64,000 bases of DNA, taken from the human T2T-CHM13v2.0 reference genome, Homo sapiens. The notes below the pieces were generated by a model, which made no database searches, had not been told where the DNA came from, and worked only from the letters and a program-made list of their open reading frames with translations. The stretch is from assembly GCF_009914755.1 (NCBI RefSeq), contig NC_060932.1; one strand, written 5' to 3'. Shown here one piece after another: positions 1 to 14,279 of the stretch. Within the stretch, counting starts at the first letter, position 1, and each line of letters begins with the position of its first letter. Both the position numbers and the translations under genes were made by a program.

Positions 1-1833
1 TTACTTATTCCTTGAAAAATGATTTAATGGTTAAATATATCATGACCTTTGATATAAATGTGATATCTCACAATTTTAAAAATAGGGTTCTCTGGGGTGG
101 GTGGAGACGGGAAGGTATTCTGCATTAAATGTGCTTATCACATAACACATATCTATTTCTGAAAAGTCAAATAGGCTATTCATACTTGTGCATATCAGAT
201 TCCTATCAAATTACCCAGTAGAGATCAGAATTTTATGTGAACTGGCCACCAACAAGTATGCTTTGATGATGGAGTGAGCAGAAGAAACTAAAGCTGGGAG
301 GGAGTGGGTAGCTGACTGCAGCAGAACTGTTAGCAGAATTTAAATTGGGCTCCTGAGTGATTGGCTGCTTCAAAACAATAAGGGAACTGCATACAATTTA
401 GTTAGCATGCCATAACAAATTCCACTTGATTAGTAGAATTCACAATTCATAGTGATATTTATCCTTACCTTATTCTGTCTCTTTAGCTATACCTAAACTT
501 TTTTTTCCCCCTTTTCCCTATTTTCTTCTGCTTCTTTTCACAAACACAAATGCTGGCCACATTAGAATTAGCAAGACATTTGTCCAAAGACAGAAAGTTT
601 CACCAATATTTTATAAGTGGCAAAGTTTTCCAGTTTTCTTTTAATTCTATCCTCTTATCATCACCATGTCAAACCATAATGCAAAGTGGGCAGAAATTGA
701 GCTTTCTGATGTTTATTTTGCCAAGAGATTTGCCTCATTATTTGGTGTTACAGGATTTATTACTTCACCAGCTAGTTTAATAGTTTCAAAATGAATCTGT
801 AGATGTGCTCATTGAAGAGATGCTACTTTTTATCAGACATACATAATTTTTTTTAAGCTTTCTGTTTTCATTTTCATAATATTCTAATCCCTGGCCATGA
901 GATTTCAGTGGGGGTGTTTGAGTTTATCCATTTATTAGTGTCATGCTAATCAAAGATTAAATGACATGCCCTGCAATGTAAATAAAAGTTCTAACTGTGC
1001 TTCTGTTGAAAGTTAAACTGATGTAAGAATTGAGTGTTTTATAGCACATAGTGGTACAGCCAGGTTGAACTCAGAGTAGCTGTGTTCAAACCAATGGGAC
1101 CACACCTGAAGGACAGATCATTACATGAAATACATATGAAATTGGTCTCAGTCTGAAACAAATTGCAACATTTCAATAGAAGTAAATACAATGGCAAGTA
1201 TAAAATAAAGTATTTTTTTGATTCCCCATTCAAGCAGTAATTAAATTACATGTACCCATAATGTACATTCCCATAATGTTACAGTATGAATATATACTTT
1301 GAATGCTTCAAATAAGCATGACAGATATAGAATTATGAAGAAATTGTTGATTTAAATAGATTTTTCAAGATGGTTTTCTCAGCAGGTTAGGAGTTATATT
1401 TGAGCTCTGCTTATCACTAACTACTAAAAAAAGCCAAATATTTAATAATATAGTCTTACATATGCAAATAGAGGCACCTCAGGACCAGTTTTTGTAAATT
1501 GTAGACACCCCTACCTCCACTAGGAAAGGCTATGGGTGGAGAGAGCATTTCTACTGAGAGAATCGTATTTGGGGTCTACAGAAGAGCAGTAGAGATATGC
1601 TTTTTTCTTCATTTTCAGTTAGAGGAGTTTCAAGGAAAAGGTTTGGAGAACTTGACATGTGCCCCTCAGTTTTGAGGTCTCAGTGGGCTGGCATTCTGTT
1701 CTTCTTCTCATGAGGAATCTACAAAGGAGACTATGACTGACTGGCTGCTTAGATTATGGAGGGAAGGAGGCAGGGTGTACTGTTTGCACTCAGACAAAAG
1801 ATACATGGGTGTTTCCATTGATCAGATGGGGAC

Positions 1834-4115
1834 TGATATGATTTGGCTGTATCCCCACCCAAATCTCACCTTGAATTATATCTCCCGGAACTCCCCCGTG
1901 TTGTGGGAGGGACCTAGGATGAGGTAATTGGATCATGGGGGTGCATCTTTCCCATGCTATTCTCATGGTAGTGAATAAGTCTTATGAGATTTGATGGGCT
2001 TATCAAGGGTTTCTGCTTTTGCTTCTTGCTCATTTTCTCTTGCCGCTGTTATGTAAGGAGTACATTTTGCGTCCTGCCATGATTCTGAGACCTCCCCAGC
2101 CATGTGGAAGTGTAAGTCCAATTAAACCATTTTTCTTCCCAGTCTTGAGTATGTCTTTATTAGCAGTGTGAAAATGGGCTAATATAGTAAATTGGTATCA
2201 GGAGTAGGGTGTTCCTGAGAAGATACCCGAAAATGTGGAAGCGACTTTGGAACTGGGTAACGGGCAGAGGTTGAACAGTTTGGAGGGCTCAGAAGAAGAC
2301 AGGAAAATGTGGGAAAGTTTGGAACTTCCTAGAGACTTGTTGAATGGCTTTGACCAAAAGCCTGATAGTAATATGGAAAATAAGGCCCAGGCTGAGAAGG
2401 TCTCAGATGGAGATGAGGAACTTGTTGGCAACTGGAGCAAAGGTGGCTCTTGTTATGTTTTAGCAAAGAGACTGGTGGCATTTTGCCCCCACCCTAGAGA
2501 TTTGTGGAACTTTGAGCTTGAGAGAGATGATTTAGGGTATCTGGTGAAAGAAATCTCTAAGCAGTAGAGCATTCAAGAGGTGACTTTGGTGCTGTTAAAA
2601 GCATTCCATTTTAAAAGAAAAACAGAGCATAGGAGTTTGGAAAATTTGCAGCCTGATGATGCAATAGAAAAGAAAAACCCATTTTTTGAGGAGAAAATCA
2701 AGCTGGCTGCAGCAATTTGCATAACTAACAAGGAGCCGAATGTTAATCCACAAGACAATGGGAAAAATGTCTCCAGGGCATGTCATAGGTCTTCATGGCA
2801 GTCCCTCCCATCATGGACCCAGAAGCCTAGGAGGTAAAAATGGTTTTGGGGACCTGGCCCAGGGTCCCCATGCTGTGTGCAGCCTAGGGACTTAGTGCCC
2901 TGTGTCCCACCTGCTCCAGCCATTGCTAAAAGGGGCCAAGGTACAGCTCGGCCATGGTTTCAGAGGATCCAAGCCCTAAACCTTGGCAGCTTCCACATGG
3001 TGTTGAGACTGTGCATGTGCTGAAGAATTGAGGTTTCATAATCTCCACCTAGATTTCAGAAGATGTATGGAAATGCTTGGATGCCCAGGCAAAAGTTTGC
3101 TGCAGGGGTGGGGCCCTTATGGAGACCCTCTGCTAGGGCAGTGCAGAAGGAAAATGTGGGGTTGGATCCCCGCCAAACACACATAGCATCCATACTAGGG
3201 CATCATCTAGTGAAGCTGTGAGAAGAGGGCCACCATCCTTCAGACCCCAGAATGGTAGATCCACTGACAGCTTGCACCGTGCACCTGGAAAAGCCACAGA
3301 CACTCAACATCAGACTATGAAAGCAGCCAGGAGGGGGCCTATACCCTGCAAAGCAACAGGGGCAGAGCTGCCTAAGATTATAGGAACCTTCCTCTTGCAT
3401 CAGCATGACCTGGATGTAAGACATGGGGTCAAAGGAGATCATTTTGGACCTTAAAATTTGACTACCCCACTGGATTTTGAACTTGCGTGGGCCCTGTAAC
3501 CCCTTTGTTTTGGCCAATCTCTCCCATTTGGAATGGCTGTATTTACCTGATACCTGTATCTTCATTGTATCTAGGAAGTAACTAGCTTGCTTTTGATTTT
3601 ACAGGCTCATAGGCAGAAGCGACCTGCCTTGTCTCAGATGAGACTTTGGACTGTGGACTTTTGGGTTAATGCTGAAATGAGTTAAGACTTTGGGGGACTG
3701 TTGGGAAGGCATGATTGGTTTTGAAATGTGAGGGCATGAGATTTGGAGGGGCCAGGGGTGTAATTACATAGTTTGGCTGTGTCCCCACCCAAATCTCTAC
3801 TTGAATTGTAGCTCCCAGAATTCCCCTGTGTTGTGGGAGGGACACAGTATGAGGTAATTGAATCATGGGGGCCAGTCTTTCCTGTACTATTCTTGTGATA
3901 GTGAATAAGTCTCACGAGATCTGATGGGTTTATCATGGGTTTCCTCTAGCTTCTTGCTCATTTTCTTTTGCTGCTGCCATGTAAGAAGTACCTTTCACCT
4001 CCTGCCATGATTCTGAGGCCTCCCCAGACATGTGGAACTGTAAGTCCAATTAAACCATTTTTTCTTCCCAGTCTTGGGTATGTCTTTATCAGCAGTGTGA
4101 AAATGGACTAACACA
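1834..4115 (+). mobile_element. Full-length THE1A (ERVL-MaLR) provirus: 5' LTR 1834-2186, internal 2187-3763, 3' LTR 3764-4115
   Basis: Two ~352-bp direct LTRs (TGATATG.TTTGGCTGT..CCCCACCCAAATCTC ... CTAATACA-like ends) with THE1A-type GGGTTT...GCTTCTTGCTCATTTTCT; internal starts GTAAATTGGTA; 5-bp TSD GGGAC (1829-1833)/GGGCC (4116-4120). Confidence 0.95.
2235..2837 (+). pseudogene. Remnant of the THE1 internal (MaLR) ORF
   Basis: ORFs 2235-2567 and 2580-2837 are in the same frame, separated by one TAG; peptide ATLELGNG..SLEGSEEDRKMWESLELPRDLLNGFDQ is typical of translated MaLR-int. Confidence 0.75.
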
Positions 4116-4875
4116 GGGCCATGTGATAGAGTTGGACCAGGAGATTGTCTTTGAACCTGCTCAGGAGGGTATCCTGGAGAGGCAAGGTGACTGTACCAGA
4201 GAGGACTGCCCACTTCTGAGCTGAGGGAGAATATATAAGCAAATGGTGGAAAGATACATTTACCCAAGTCAAGGAAACTATTTGTAGCTTTTCAGGGACA
4301 AAAGAAGGAATGTTTAGGGACAGTCAAGAAGGGAGTCAGTACTAAACACCTGATAATCCTAGAGAAAAGTAGTGCCAGCTGAAGATAGAAACAATAAAGT
4401 AACATTTTCCTTCCTTCATACCTAGAGGCATAGAACAGAATAAGTAGAGGAGGAGGACATGAGTGCCTTGGTGCTCATCTATAGGGTACTGCAAAGATGC
4501 AAGTCTGCAAACTCGTACAAACACTGCAGCATACAGGGAGAGTACTCATTACCCAGGCAGTGGTTACCCTTTCTATGCTGCTGCCTTCTTCTCATCTTCT
4601 TTTCCCCTAGCCACAGCTGGAAGTGGTGGGCAGGAAGGAGCTATCAGAATAAAGATAACAGAATCCAAGCACCCTCTTTCCACAGTTGCCAGCTTCCCAC
4701 TGCAGCAGCACCAGTCTGGGGAGTGAGGATGGGGAGGAGAAGAAAGTCATCTGTAAATGAAGTTTAGAGTTTTGTTTATTACAATAAACCACTTCATCAT
4801 TCCCCTATAACTTTTCAGTGACTCCTCATTCCTCACACAGTAAAAGCCAGCATTCTTTTTTATGACCTGCAAGGC

Positions 4876-5397
4876 TGCTACTCAAAGAGTGGGCCATGGA
4901 CTGGCAGCATCAGCACTGCCCAGGAGTCTATTAGAAATGCCAAATCTCCAGACCCATCCTAGACCCACTGTTTTAATCCGTTTTCACACTGCTGACAAAG
5001 ACAAACCTGAAACTGGGCAATTTACAAACCAAAGAGGTTTGATGGACTTACAACTCCACATGGCTGGGGAGGCCTCACAATCATTGCGGAAGGTGAAAGG
5101 CATGTCTCACATGGCAGCAGACAAGAGAGGAGATCTTGCCCAGGGAAACTTCCCTTTATAAAACCATCAGATCTTGTGAGACTTTTCACTATCATGAGAA
5201 CAGCAAGAGAAAGACTTGCCCCCATGATTCAATTACTTCCCACCGGGACTCTCCCACAACATGTAGGAATTGTGGGAGTTACAATTCAAAGTGAGATTTG
5301 GGTGGGGATACAGCCAAACCATATCACCCACTGAATCAGAATCTGCATTTTCACAAGATCCCTAGGTGATTCACATGTTCACTAAAATTTGAGAAAC
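4876..5397. mobile_element. MER5A (hAT-Charlie) split by a THE1B LTR
   Basis: GCTACTCAAAG..GGCAGCATCAGCA..TTAGAAATGC..AGACCCAC | TGAATCAGAATCTGCATTTT.ACAAGATCCC.AGGTGATTCA..TTTGAGAA match the two MER5A halves. Confidence 0.85.
4969..5326 (-). mobile_element. THE1B-like solo LTR
   Basis: Reverse-complement THE1 LTR ending CAGCCAAACCATATCA; perfect TSD CCCAC at 4964-4968 and 5327-5331. Confidence 0.92.
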
Positions 5398-5701
5398 TCC
5401 ATGACCTATGAACTTCTACCCCTGGTTCTCTTTTTGGCTCACATAGTAATTTTCTCAGTTTTCCTACTCCAATCATGTTATTTCCTGAACATACTAGGTG
5501 GATTCTTGCCTGAGGGCCTTAGCTCTGACTATTCCTTCTCTTTTGAACACCATTTTTCAAATACCTATATACTCACTCCCTTTCATCTTTGTCTTTAATC
5601 TTCTCAGTGAGACCAATACACAATGAAGCTTGCATTTAGAATTTCATCTCCATCTGCCAGCATTCCCTTCCTCTGCCCTGACTTTTTTCATTCACATATA
5701 G

Positions 5702-6129
<428 letters not shown>

Positions 6130-6888
6130 CTGTTGATGTTCCTTGAGTTTGCAGAATAATGCCTGACACACAGTAGGTGCTCAATAACTATATCTTGATT
6201 TTTTTTCAAATTATCAATTTCTCTAAGCACTTAATGTGATTAAAGGCAAACAGAATCTCTGTAAAGCATCTTATTTTATTGGCATACATGTTTGCACCAA
6301 GAAGGCCACTGGACAAAGTAGGCAAGTTGTTTTAACTGGAGAATATGGGCTTTTACTCATCTTCACAATTTTGATGAAGGAAGCTTTATTTAAAACAATT
6401 TAATAAATTCTTTCATACTTACCCAAATGAGCTTCTCTCCTGAGAGACTGAGAAAACACAAAGAGATTTATCTAACAAAATTTTATCAGGACTAGTGTCT
6501 GAAAGTTATGCGCACTGTTTTCTTTTTCCCCAAAGAAACTAACCTGAACTTTTTTATGTTTCTATCCAAATTTGAATGTTTTGTTGTACAAGCTCACTTG
6601 TTCTTGGACAATGAACCTGTTTCTAAGAAAGGCTAAATATGCTCATAAAGAAGACTCAACGGGCTTCTTGGACAACAAATAATTTTTACAAAACAGCACT
6701 TTGATGAGTAAAGTGTAAGTAAATCAGAAACAGATGGAATACATAGTTACTGAGACTCACAAGTTTGAAAAACAAGTGAAAATTTCTCATGTTTTGTGTC
6801 CTCAAATATAAAAATAAAGTGTATAGTTGAAACAAAACTTTTCTAATTTCTACCATGTTTTGACTTTAAGATCGTGTTTCCTACATGC

Positions 6889-7189
6889 TTATTTTTTATT
6901 TTAGAGATGGAGTCTCATTTTTTTGCTGAAGCTGGAGGGCAATAATATAATCGCAGCTCACTGTAGCCTTGAACTCCTGGGCTCAAGTGATTCTCTCACC
7001 TCAGCCTGCCAAGCAGCTAGGAATACAGGCACATACCACTGCACCTGGCTAACTTTTAGAAAGAATGTCTCGTAGATATGGGATCTCACTATGTTGCCCA
7101 GGCTGGTCTCAAACTCCTGGCTTCAAGTGATGCTGCCATTTTGGCCTCCTAAAGTGGTGGGACTACAGGTGTGAGTGTCCATGCTGGCC
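6889..7189 (-). mobile_element. Alu (AluJ-type, diverged)
   Basis: GCAGCTCACTGTAGCCTTGAACTCCTGGGCTCAAGTGAT is AluJ-type; complete dimer. Confidence 0.9.
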
Positions 7190-7392
7190 AACCATGTGCT
7201 TTTCTGATAGGAAGTATTTTCTATTTATGAACTTCCTCTTTATAGCACTTACAGGTAATTGAATTGTTCTAATTTCTCAATTTTGAACCAAGCTAAATAT
7301 ATTATTAATGTACTTAGGACAGTCTAAAGTTATTCATATTTTCTTCTATTTTAATATGAGGAATGGCACAATTTTTGTTTTTTGTTTTGTTT

Positions 7393-7900
7393 CAGTTAGT
7401 GTTCTTTTGGTCATAAGAAACAGAGATATGCATAGATTAGTTTAAGAAATGATTATTCTGCAAATATACAAGGACATGAAGAAATCCATGCACCTGAGTA
7501 TGGTTCTAACATGAGCATCTGCACAACAGAGCATCATGGCAAATGGAATTGGGAAGCCACTAGAAATGGCTAATGGCTGATCTTTTTCATGAAGTTTTGC
7601 TCATGGCTCTTCTCGGCTCACCTGAACCATTTTTCCTCACTTTGCTGATTACTGACCTTATAAATTCAGCTTCAAATGACCTACAGTGGACCTGGACTGA
7701 GCTTACTTTATTATTTATTAACTCAGCTGCCCTAGCAGTCTGACTTAGACTCTTCAGTTTCAAATTCCTGAAAGAAGACTCTGGCCCAGCTCATTTTTTG
7801 AACTAGGTCACTGACCACTCAAACCTATGACTAGACTATCTGGTGCAATCATCTGTGGTTGAGGCAGCCAGGTTTCTGCGCAAGAGAGAGGTGTGTAAAC
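7393..7900 (-). mobile_element. Ancient MLT1-like LTR remnant
   Basis: Begins TCAGTTAGTGTTCTTTTGGTCATAAGAAACAGA, resembling the reverse-complement 3' end of old MLT1 LTRs. Confidence 0.4.
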
Positions 7901-8611
7901 AGGTGGAAATTCGGGTGGTTCAGGCTTCAGTGTGCTAAACACATACTCCAGGATTCACCAGTTGAAAGAAAATTACCAGTAAAATATTTTTGCCAGGATA
8001 TTCCTTGGAAAATAAAATATTACTTGTTTCTCTTTTCAAGAATTGAAATGCTTTAGATTTTAAATTTAGGATGCCAAGATTGGAAAGGGTGTAGAGGACT
8101 TTCAAAGTTCAAAATTTTGTCTAATCTGTCTGGATTTTGATAAAACAACAACATCATCAATTACATGAGCGTTCAAGGGATGTGCCTTTGGAGATAGTTT
8201 ATTGTATTATTTCAAATATAGTCACTCTCTTTATCTTCCTAAGAGCCCTGAAATATTCCATAAAAAAGTAATCTTTGCTTTCATACACGCTGATCTTATA
8301 AAAGGCTTTATGTTTAAAAAAAAATAACAGACTTGGGGAAATTGGAGGAGATCCGATGAAAACCTGATAACAGTTGGAATAAACTTTATTTTTCCTGGAG
8401 AAGGCAGAGGAGATAATAAATAATAATTTTAAATAATATATAATTCTGATGTAGGATTTAGACAAAAATCTGCTCTGTCAGCAACTGGAGTTTAGAAAAC
8501 CCTCAAAAGGGAGATAATAACTACAACTGAAAGAACAGCAAGTGAAACAGGACCTGACTTCCAGCCTTGGCTTTGCCAGTTACCAGCTGGGCTACCTTGG
8601 TTACCTGGTGA

Positions 8612-8947
<336 letters not shown>

Positions 8948-9829
8948 TGGTCCTTCTTAACATTAAAGATAAATCTAAAAAAGAGACTTCCAGGGCCACT
9001 GGGCATGGCTGTACAAGAGGTTCATTGCACATTTCTAAGGTGTGACATTCTGAGGATTCTTATTTTTATGTGGAATTTTATAAAGAGTAATGATTTCTTC
9101 CACATGTTGTATTATGTTTGGCTCAGAATTTAAAGCTCAATCACCCATGCAATGGCATTCATCTGAACCAAGAAAAAGCAAGGGGAAATCGGATGCAGGT
9201 GACAAGGTTTGAGCTTGTGACTGAGAAACAGAGCTAGGTATATTTTTATGTCCCCTTGAAAGAAAAATAGACTCAAAGCATCCCTATGTTGTATGGGAAC
9301 TACTATCATTCAAAAAGAGATACAAATCACTATGTCTGATTCGTTGCTAATTATTGAAAAACGATATATCTAGACTTGAGACTAATTGTAAGAAAAAAAT
9401 CGGCAAACATTACCAGTGACAAAAATATAGGTTTATCTATCATAGCACTAAATGGATATAACTCTAAAATACACAGGTTAAAAATTTTACCCTACCTTTA
9501 GGCATAGTTATTCCAATTCATTCAAAGAAAAACAGGCCACTTTCTCACAGCAAATCGAGCATTATGAGAGTATCACGGTTTTGAAACAAGAGTTCCCTGA
9601 AAGCAGGGCTCTTAGAATCTAGATTATAATATCAAAGGCTTTTTCAATGGTCAGAAGTTGACTTGAATAGACATTTTCTCTCCCACAATAATGTCAACCA
9701 CAGGCATCGCTTCACTTTTGTAAATGTATTCATTGAATATTTGCCTATTTATATATTCCAAGGACATTGTAAAATTTCAGCCTCTAGAAGAAGAGTGGAT
9801 CCAGCCTTCCGCATAAGAAGTAGGATTCT

Positions 9830-10040
9830 AATGAGAACACATGGACACAGGGAGGCGAACATCACATACTGGGGCCTGCTGAGGGGTGGGGGGCAAGGGG
9901 AGGGAGAGCATTAGGTCAAATACCTAGTGCATGCGGGGCTTAAAACCCAGATGACAGGTTGACATGGCACATGTATACATATGTAACAAACCTGCACATT
10001 CTGCATATGTATCCCAGAACTTAAAATAAAAGAAAAAAAA
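9830..10040 (+). mobile_element. 5'-truncated L1PA 3' UTR
   Basis: AATGAGAACACATGGACACAGGGAG..GTAACAAACCTGCACATTCTGCA..poly-A; TSD AAGAAGTAGGATTCT/AAGAAGTTGCGTTCT. Confidence 0.92.
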
Positions 10041-10303
10041 GAAGTTGCGTTCTGTAAGGTATAATTTGAGGGCCTAAGAAGCCAGACTATTTTCCATGTC
10101 CAAGGATAATTGCTATTTAAGTTAAGAATTTTTCTGTTTCCACTTATAGGGTGGAAAACACCTTAATATCTTGTAAGAATGAGCTTATTATAGCGGTTTT
10201 CTTTAATGATAGGAGGGGCTTATGTGGGCACTTTTGGTTCCTAAGCAGTTGGTGTAAAAATGAGAAGGCACTGAAAATACATTTTTCTCCTAGAAATGAC
10301 TCA

Positions 10304-10305
<2 letters not shown>

Positions 10306-10341
<36 letters not shown>
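10306..10341. repeat. (TG)n microsatellite
   Basis: Pure TG run. Confidence 0.97.
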
Positions 10342-10342
<1 letters not shown>

Positions 10343-11428
10343 TATAATTTTATGATTTTATATATTATACAGTATTTTAAAAAACAGATACTTTTTAAAG
10401 ATGCATGATAGTATCATACTTTTATTATGCTAATCCCCAATGTGATAACCAAGATGATATAATAACACAAAATTGCATCTTATTTTAATCTTGAATTAAT
10501 AAATAAACTATAAAATAAGATAATCTATGTTTGTTGACCATAAAATCCCGAAGTCCATTAGCATTACTTATTCATAAAGAGTATTGGTAATATGAAGTAC
10601 CAATATGATGAATACATTCTTTGAAAAAGTGAAAGTGAACAGAAGATGTAAATTACACTGACTTTTTTTGCCCAGGGGAAAAAAAGAGCATCATGCCACA
10701 GCTGGAGTAATGACAAAGTTTATTGGGTTACACTGGATAATAATTCTCTGACTTTGATTCTTTGATATACATGCCAGGGAGATTAAAAGGAGGCCTGTGA
10801 CTTGTTTAAGAACACCGTGTTTTGAATTGTTTGCTGTAGTTTTTACCTATCCCAAATTTGTAAGTCTATGGATATTAAAACTAAAATAGAATTCATGGTT
10901 GCTCTTAGGGAATATTGGCTGAGCCAGGTTGCAAGTATGGATCAGCTTGAGATAGTTAGCTTTGCAAAGGAGAGAAAAGATAAGTCACTTGCAGTCTGTT
11001 TTCCCTGTCTTTCAAAACTATTTGTTCAAAACTAAATCCCAAACTGCTCCTTTGTAAACACAGCCAATGGGGCTTCCTAACTCTCATGAAGTAAATAGTT
11101 TCAGCTTTACAAAATTGCAGAATCTCAGGAGGCTAAGAATAATCTAGTGAACTTGATCTTATCTAATGTATTCAGTGTTCTTTGAAAATTTGGGGAAGCA
11201 TATAGAAAATGTAAGTAGCATTTACCTCTGAGTGTTAATCTTGGAAACTGAGTGTTCACTAGTTTGGATGCACTCACTGCACTTACTTCTCTTAGAGCCA
11301 GGGCTCAAGTAATAGTGATTAAACCTCAGGGATCTCTTTAACACTCAAGAAAAAATTATTTCCTTTTCCATATTCCACCGTGAAAATTGGCTAACTTTAT
11401 TGGTGATGAGAAAGAAACGATCCTCCAG

Positions 11429-11742
11429 TGGAGCTGGAGGCCATTATTCTAAGTGAAGTAATTCAGGAATGGAAAACCAAATACTGTATGTTCTCACTTG
11501 TAAGTGGGAGTTAAGCTATGAGTAGGCAAAGGCATGCAGAGTGGAATAATGGACTTTGGAGACTCAGAAGGGAGAGAGTGGGAAGGCGGTGTGTGATAAA
11601 AAAAAAAACTATGTATTGCGTACGATGCAAACTACTCAGATGACAAGTGCACTAAAATCTCAGAATTCACCACTATTGTCCATGTAACCAAAAACTGCAT
11701 GTACCCCAAAAGGGATTGAAATTTAAAAAAAAGAAAAAAAAA
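11429..11742 (+). mobile_element. 5'-truncated L1PB/L1MA 3' end
   Basis: GGAGGCCATTATTCTAAGTGAAGTAA.TCAGGAATGGAAAACCAAATA..poly-A; TSD-like AAACGATCCTCCAG/AAAGATTCTCCAG. Confidence 0.88.
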
Positions 11743-11862
11743 GATTCTCCAGAACAAGGGCTTTAGTGACAGCCTAAGGCAAATCATTTGAGGATTTAGT
11801 AATAGATTTTCTCAGCATGGAAAGGCTCTGATTCCAAAAACTGACTCAAATATATAAAATAA

Positions 11863-12264
<402 letters not shown>

Positions 12265-12879
12265 TCAACTTTTCTTTTGTTCTTTGCTTCCACTCCAACA
12301 ACTTCCTGGACTTTGCATCTGTAATTGATTTCAATCCACCACAAGTCTTTGCTGAAGATCTCTGGTAGATATCCTGTTACCAGCATCATAGTGAACCTTC
12401 TAAGTATCTCCTGGTTTTCTCAAGAAATCAAATTCACTTTTACCCTTTTTATTCTCAGTGTATTTCCTGGCCTTCTTTGAATTGCTTCTCTTCTGTTACA
12501 ACTTTCTTTTTCTGACACTCAGGATTCTTCTCTGCTTTCCTCGTTTATTCTTCCTACTGTGCTTGCTTTCAATCTCTACACTTACCATCTTCTCCAGAAC
12601 ACCGCCATATTTTTAATCTCTGCCTTTTTTGATTTCGAATTTGCCAATATGCTACTCTCCCACATCTTTACACATGAAATGGCATTCTTGCAAAAGTAAC
12701 AACAGCAAACAGCAACAATATGATATGATGTGATATGAACTCGCATCGATATGCTTGGCCCTCAAGTCAATGACACACAGTTTTCTTTGTGATCAACAGA
12801 TAAACTTACGGGGAGAATAACCTTGCTGGCTCCATGTATTCACCTCCAGGTACTCTTTAGCCCTTTGCAAATCATAACT

Positions 12880-14053
12880 CTTTTCTCACATCTCTATTGA
12901 AGCTCTTTTTCCGAAGGTCACCAATGACCTCCCCAAAATGCTGCTTCTATCTCCTGCAATATACAGAACTTCTAGCCATTGCTTCCCTCCTTGCTATTTA
13001 CTTGCTTGAAGGCTTTGCTGTCACTAATCACTCTCTCATCATCATTTCCTCCACATCTCTTTAGGATCATTTTATATTTACCTCTCCATTTTATTTTGAC
13101 CACATTTATGATTTTTTTCTTCTCACTTCTATTATAATACTTCAGGCCATATTGCCTGTGTATACAGCTGATACGGTTTGGCTGTGTCCCCACTCAAATC
13201 TCATTTTGAATTGTAGCTCCCATAATTCTCATGTGTCCTTGGAGGTAATTGAATCATGGGAGAGGGTCTTTCCCTTGCTGTTCTTGTGATAGTGAATACG
13301 TCTCACAAAATCTGATGGTTTTAAAATGGGAGTTCCCCTGCACATGCTCTCTTGCCTGCTGCCATGTAGGACATGCCTTTGCTTCTCCTTTGCCTTCCAC
13401 CATGAGTGTGAGGCCTCCCCAGCCATGTGGAACTGTGAGATCATTAAGCCTCTTTCCTTTATCAATTACCCAATCTTGGGTATGCTTTTGTCGGCAGTGT
13501 GAGAACAGACCAATACAACAGCTTAGTTACTTTCACAGTAACTTCTAAATTCATACAACTGTCCCTGCCTCCTCCACCATCATCCTAGTCCAAGCCACCA
13601 GCATTTCTCATGGGACTCCTGATTTAGCCTCCTGACCAGTATCCCTGGTTACCTCTTTTTTTTTCTCTTATAATCCGTTCCCCACAAAGCGTCCAGAGAC
13701 ATATTTTAAAAGAGATAAAATCACATAATTCTTTTACTTAAAACCTGCCAATGTCTTTTTACAGCACTTAAAAATAAAAGCCCTTTTCCTAACTTCAAAG
13801 CCCACCCATCTAAAGTAACCACCATCACTTGGTATCACATCTCTGTTTTCAGGAGAGCATTTATCCTAATTTGATTGATTGTTTTCTGATTTATATTTTT
13901 CACTATTGCCTTTGTTTATTTGTAGTCTGTGTCTTCTTGCTAGGACATATTGTCTCTGAGATCAGCCCCTCATCCCCTTCTTAAATTGCTGTGTCACAGG
14001 ACCTGGAAAAGTGCCTAGCACATGATGACCTCAATGTATATTGGCTGAATGAA
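12880..14053 (+). mobile_element. L2 fragments flanking a THE1B LTR
   Basis: AAGGTCACCAATGACCTCC, CCTAGTCCAAGCCACCAGCATTTCTC, and terminal GTGCCTAGCACA..GGCTGAATGAAT. Confidence 0.7.
13169..13517 (+). mobile_element. THE1B solo LTR
   Basis: TGATACGGTTTGGCTGTGTCCCCAC...GAGAACAGACCAATACA; perfect TSD ACAGC at 13164-13168 and 13518-13522. Confidence 0.95.
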
Positions 14054-14279
14054 TGTCTTGTAGACCTTTGGAGAATGCATCTTTAAGTAAATGCCCAGCA
14101 TTCTGTATGGCTCAAAGTTATATTTATTTAAAAATTCCAAAAGATGGTGTCGAATTACCATCCATGAAAACTGCTAAAGATTTACTCTCCCACCAACAGT
14201 GTAAGAAAGTGCCTCTTAATCCATATTCTTGGTCACAGTAGGTATAATGAAACTATAAAACCTTTGTATTGCCTCTCAT

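Noticed and set aside
1480-4790. Possible ancient LTR (LTR78/MamGyp-like) flanking the THE1A
   Set aside because: Only a vague resemblance; family and boundaries cannot be supported by eye
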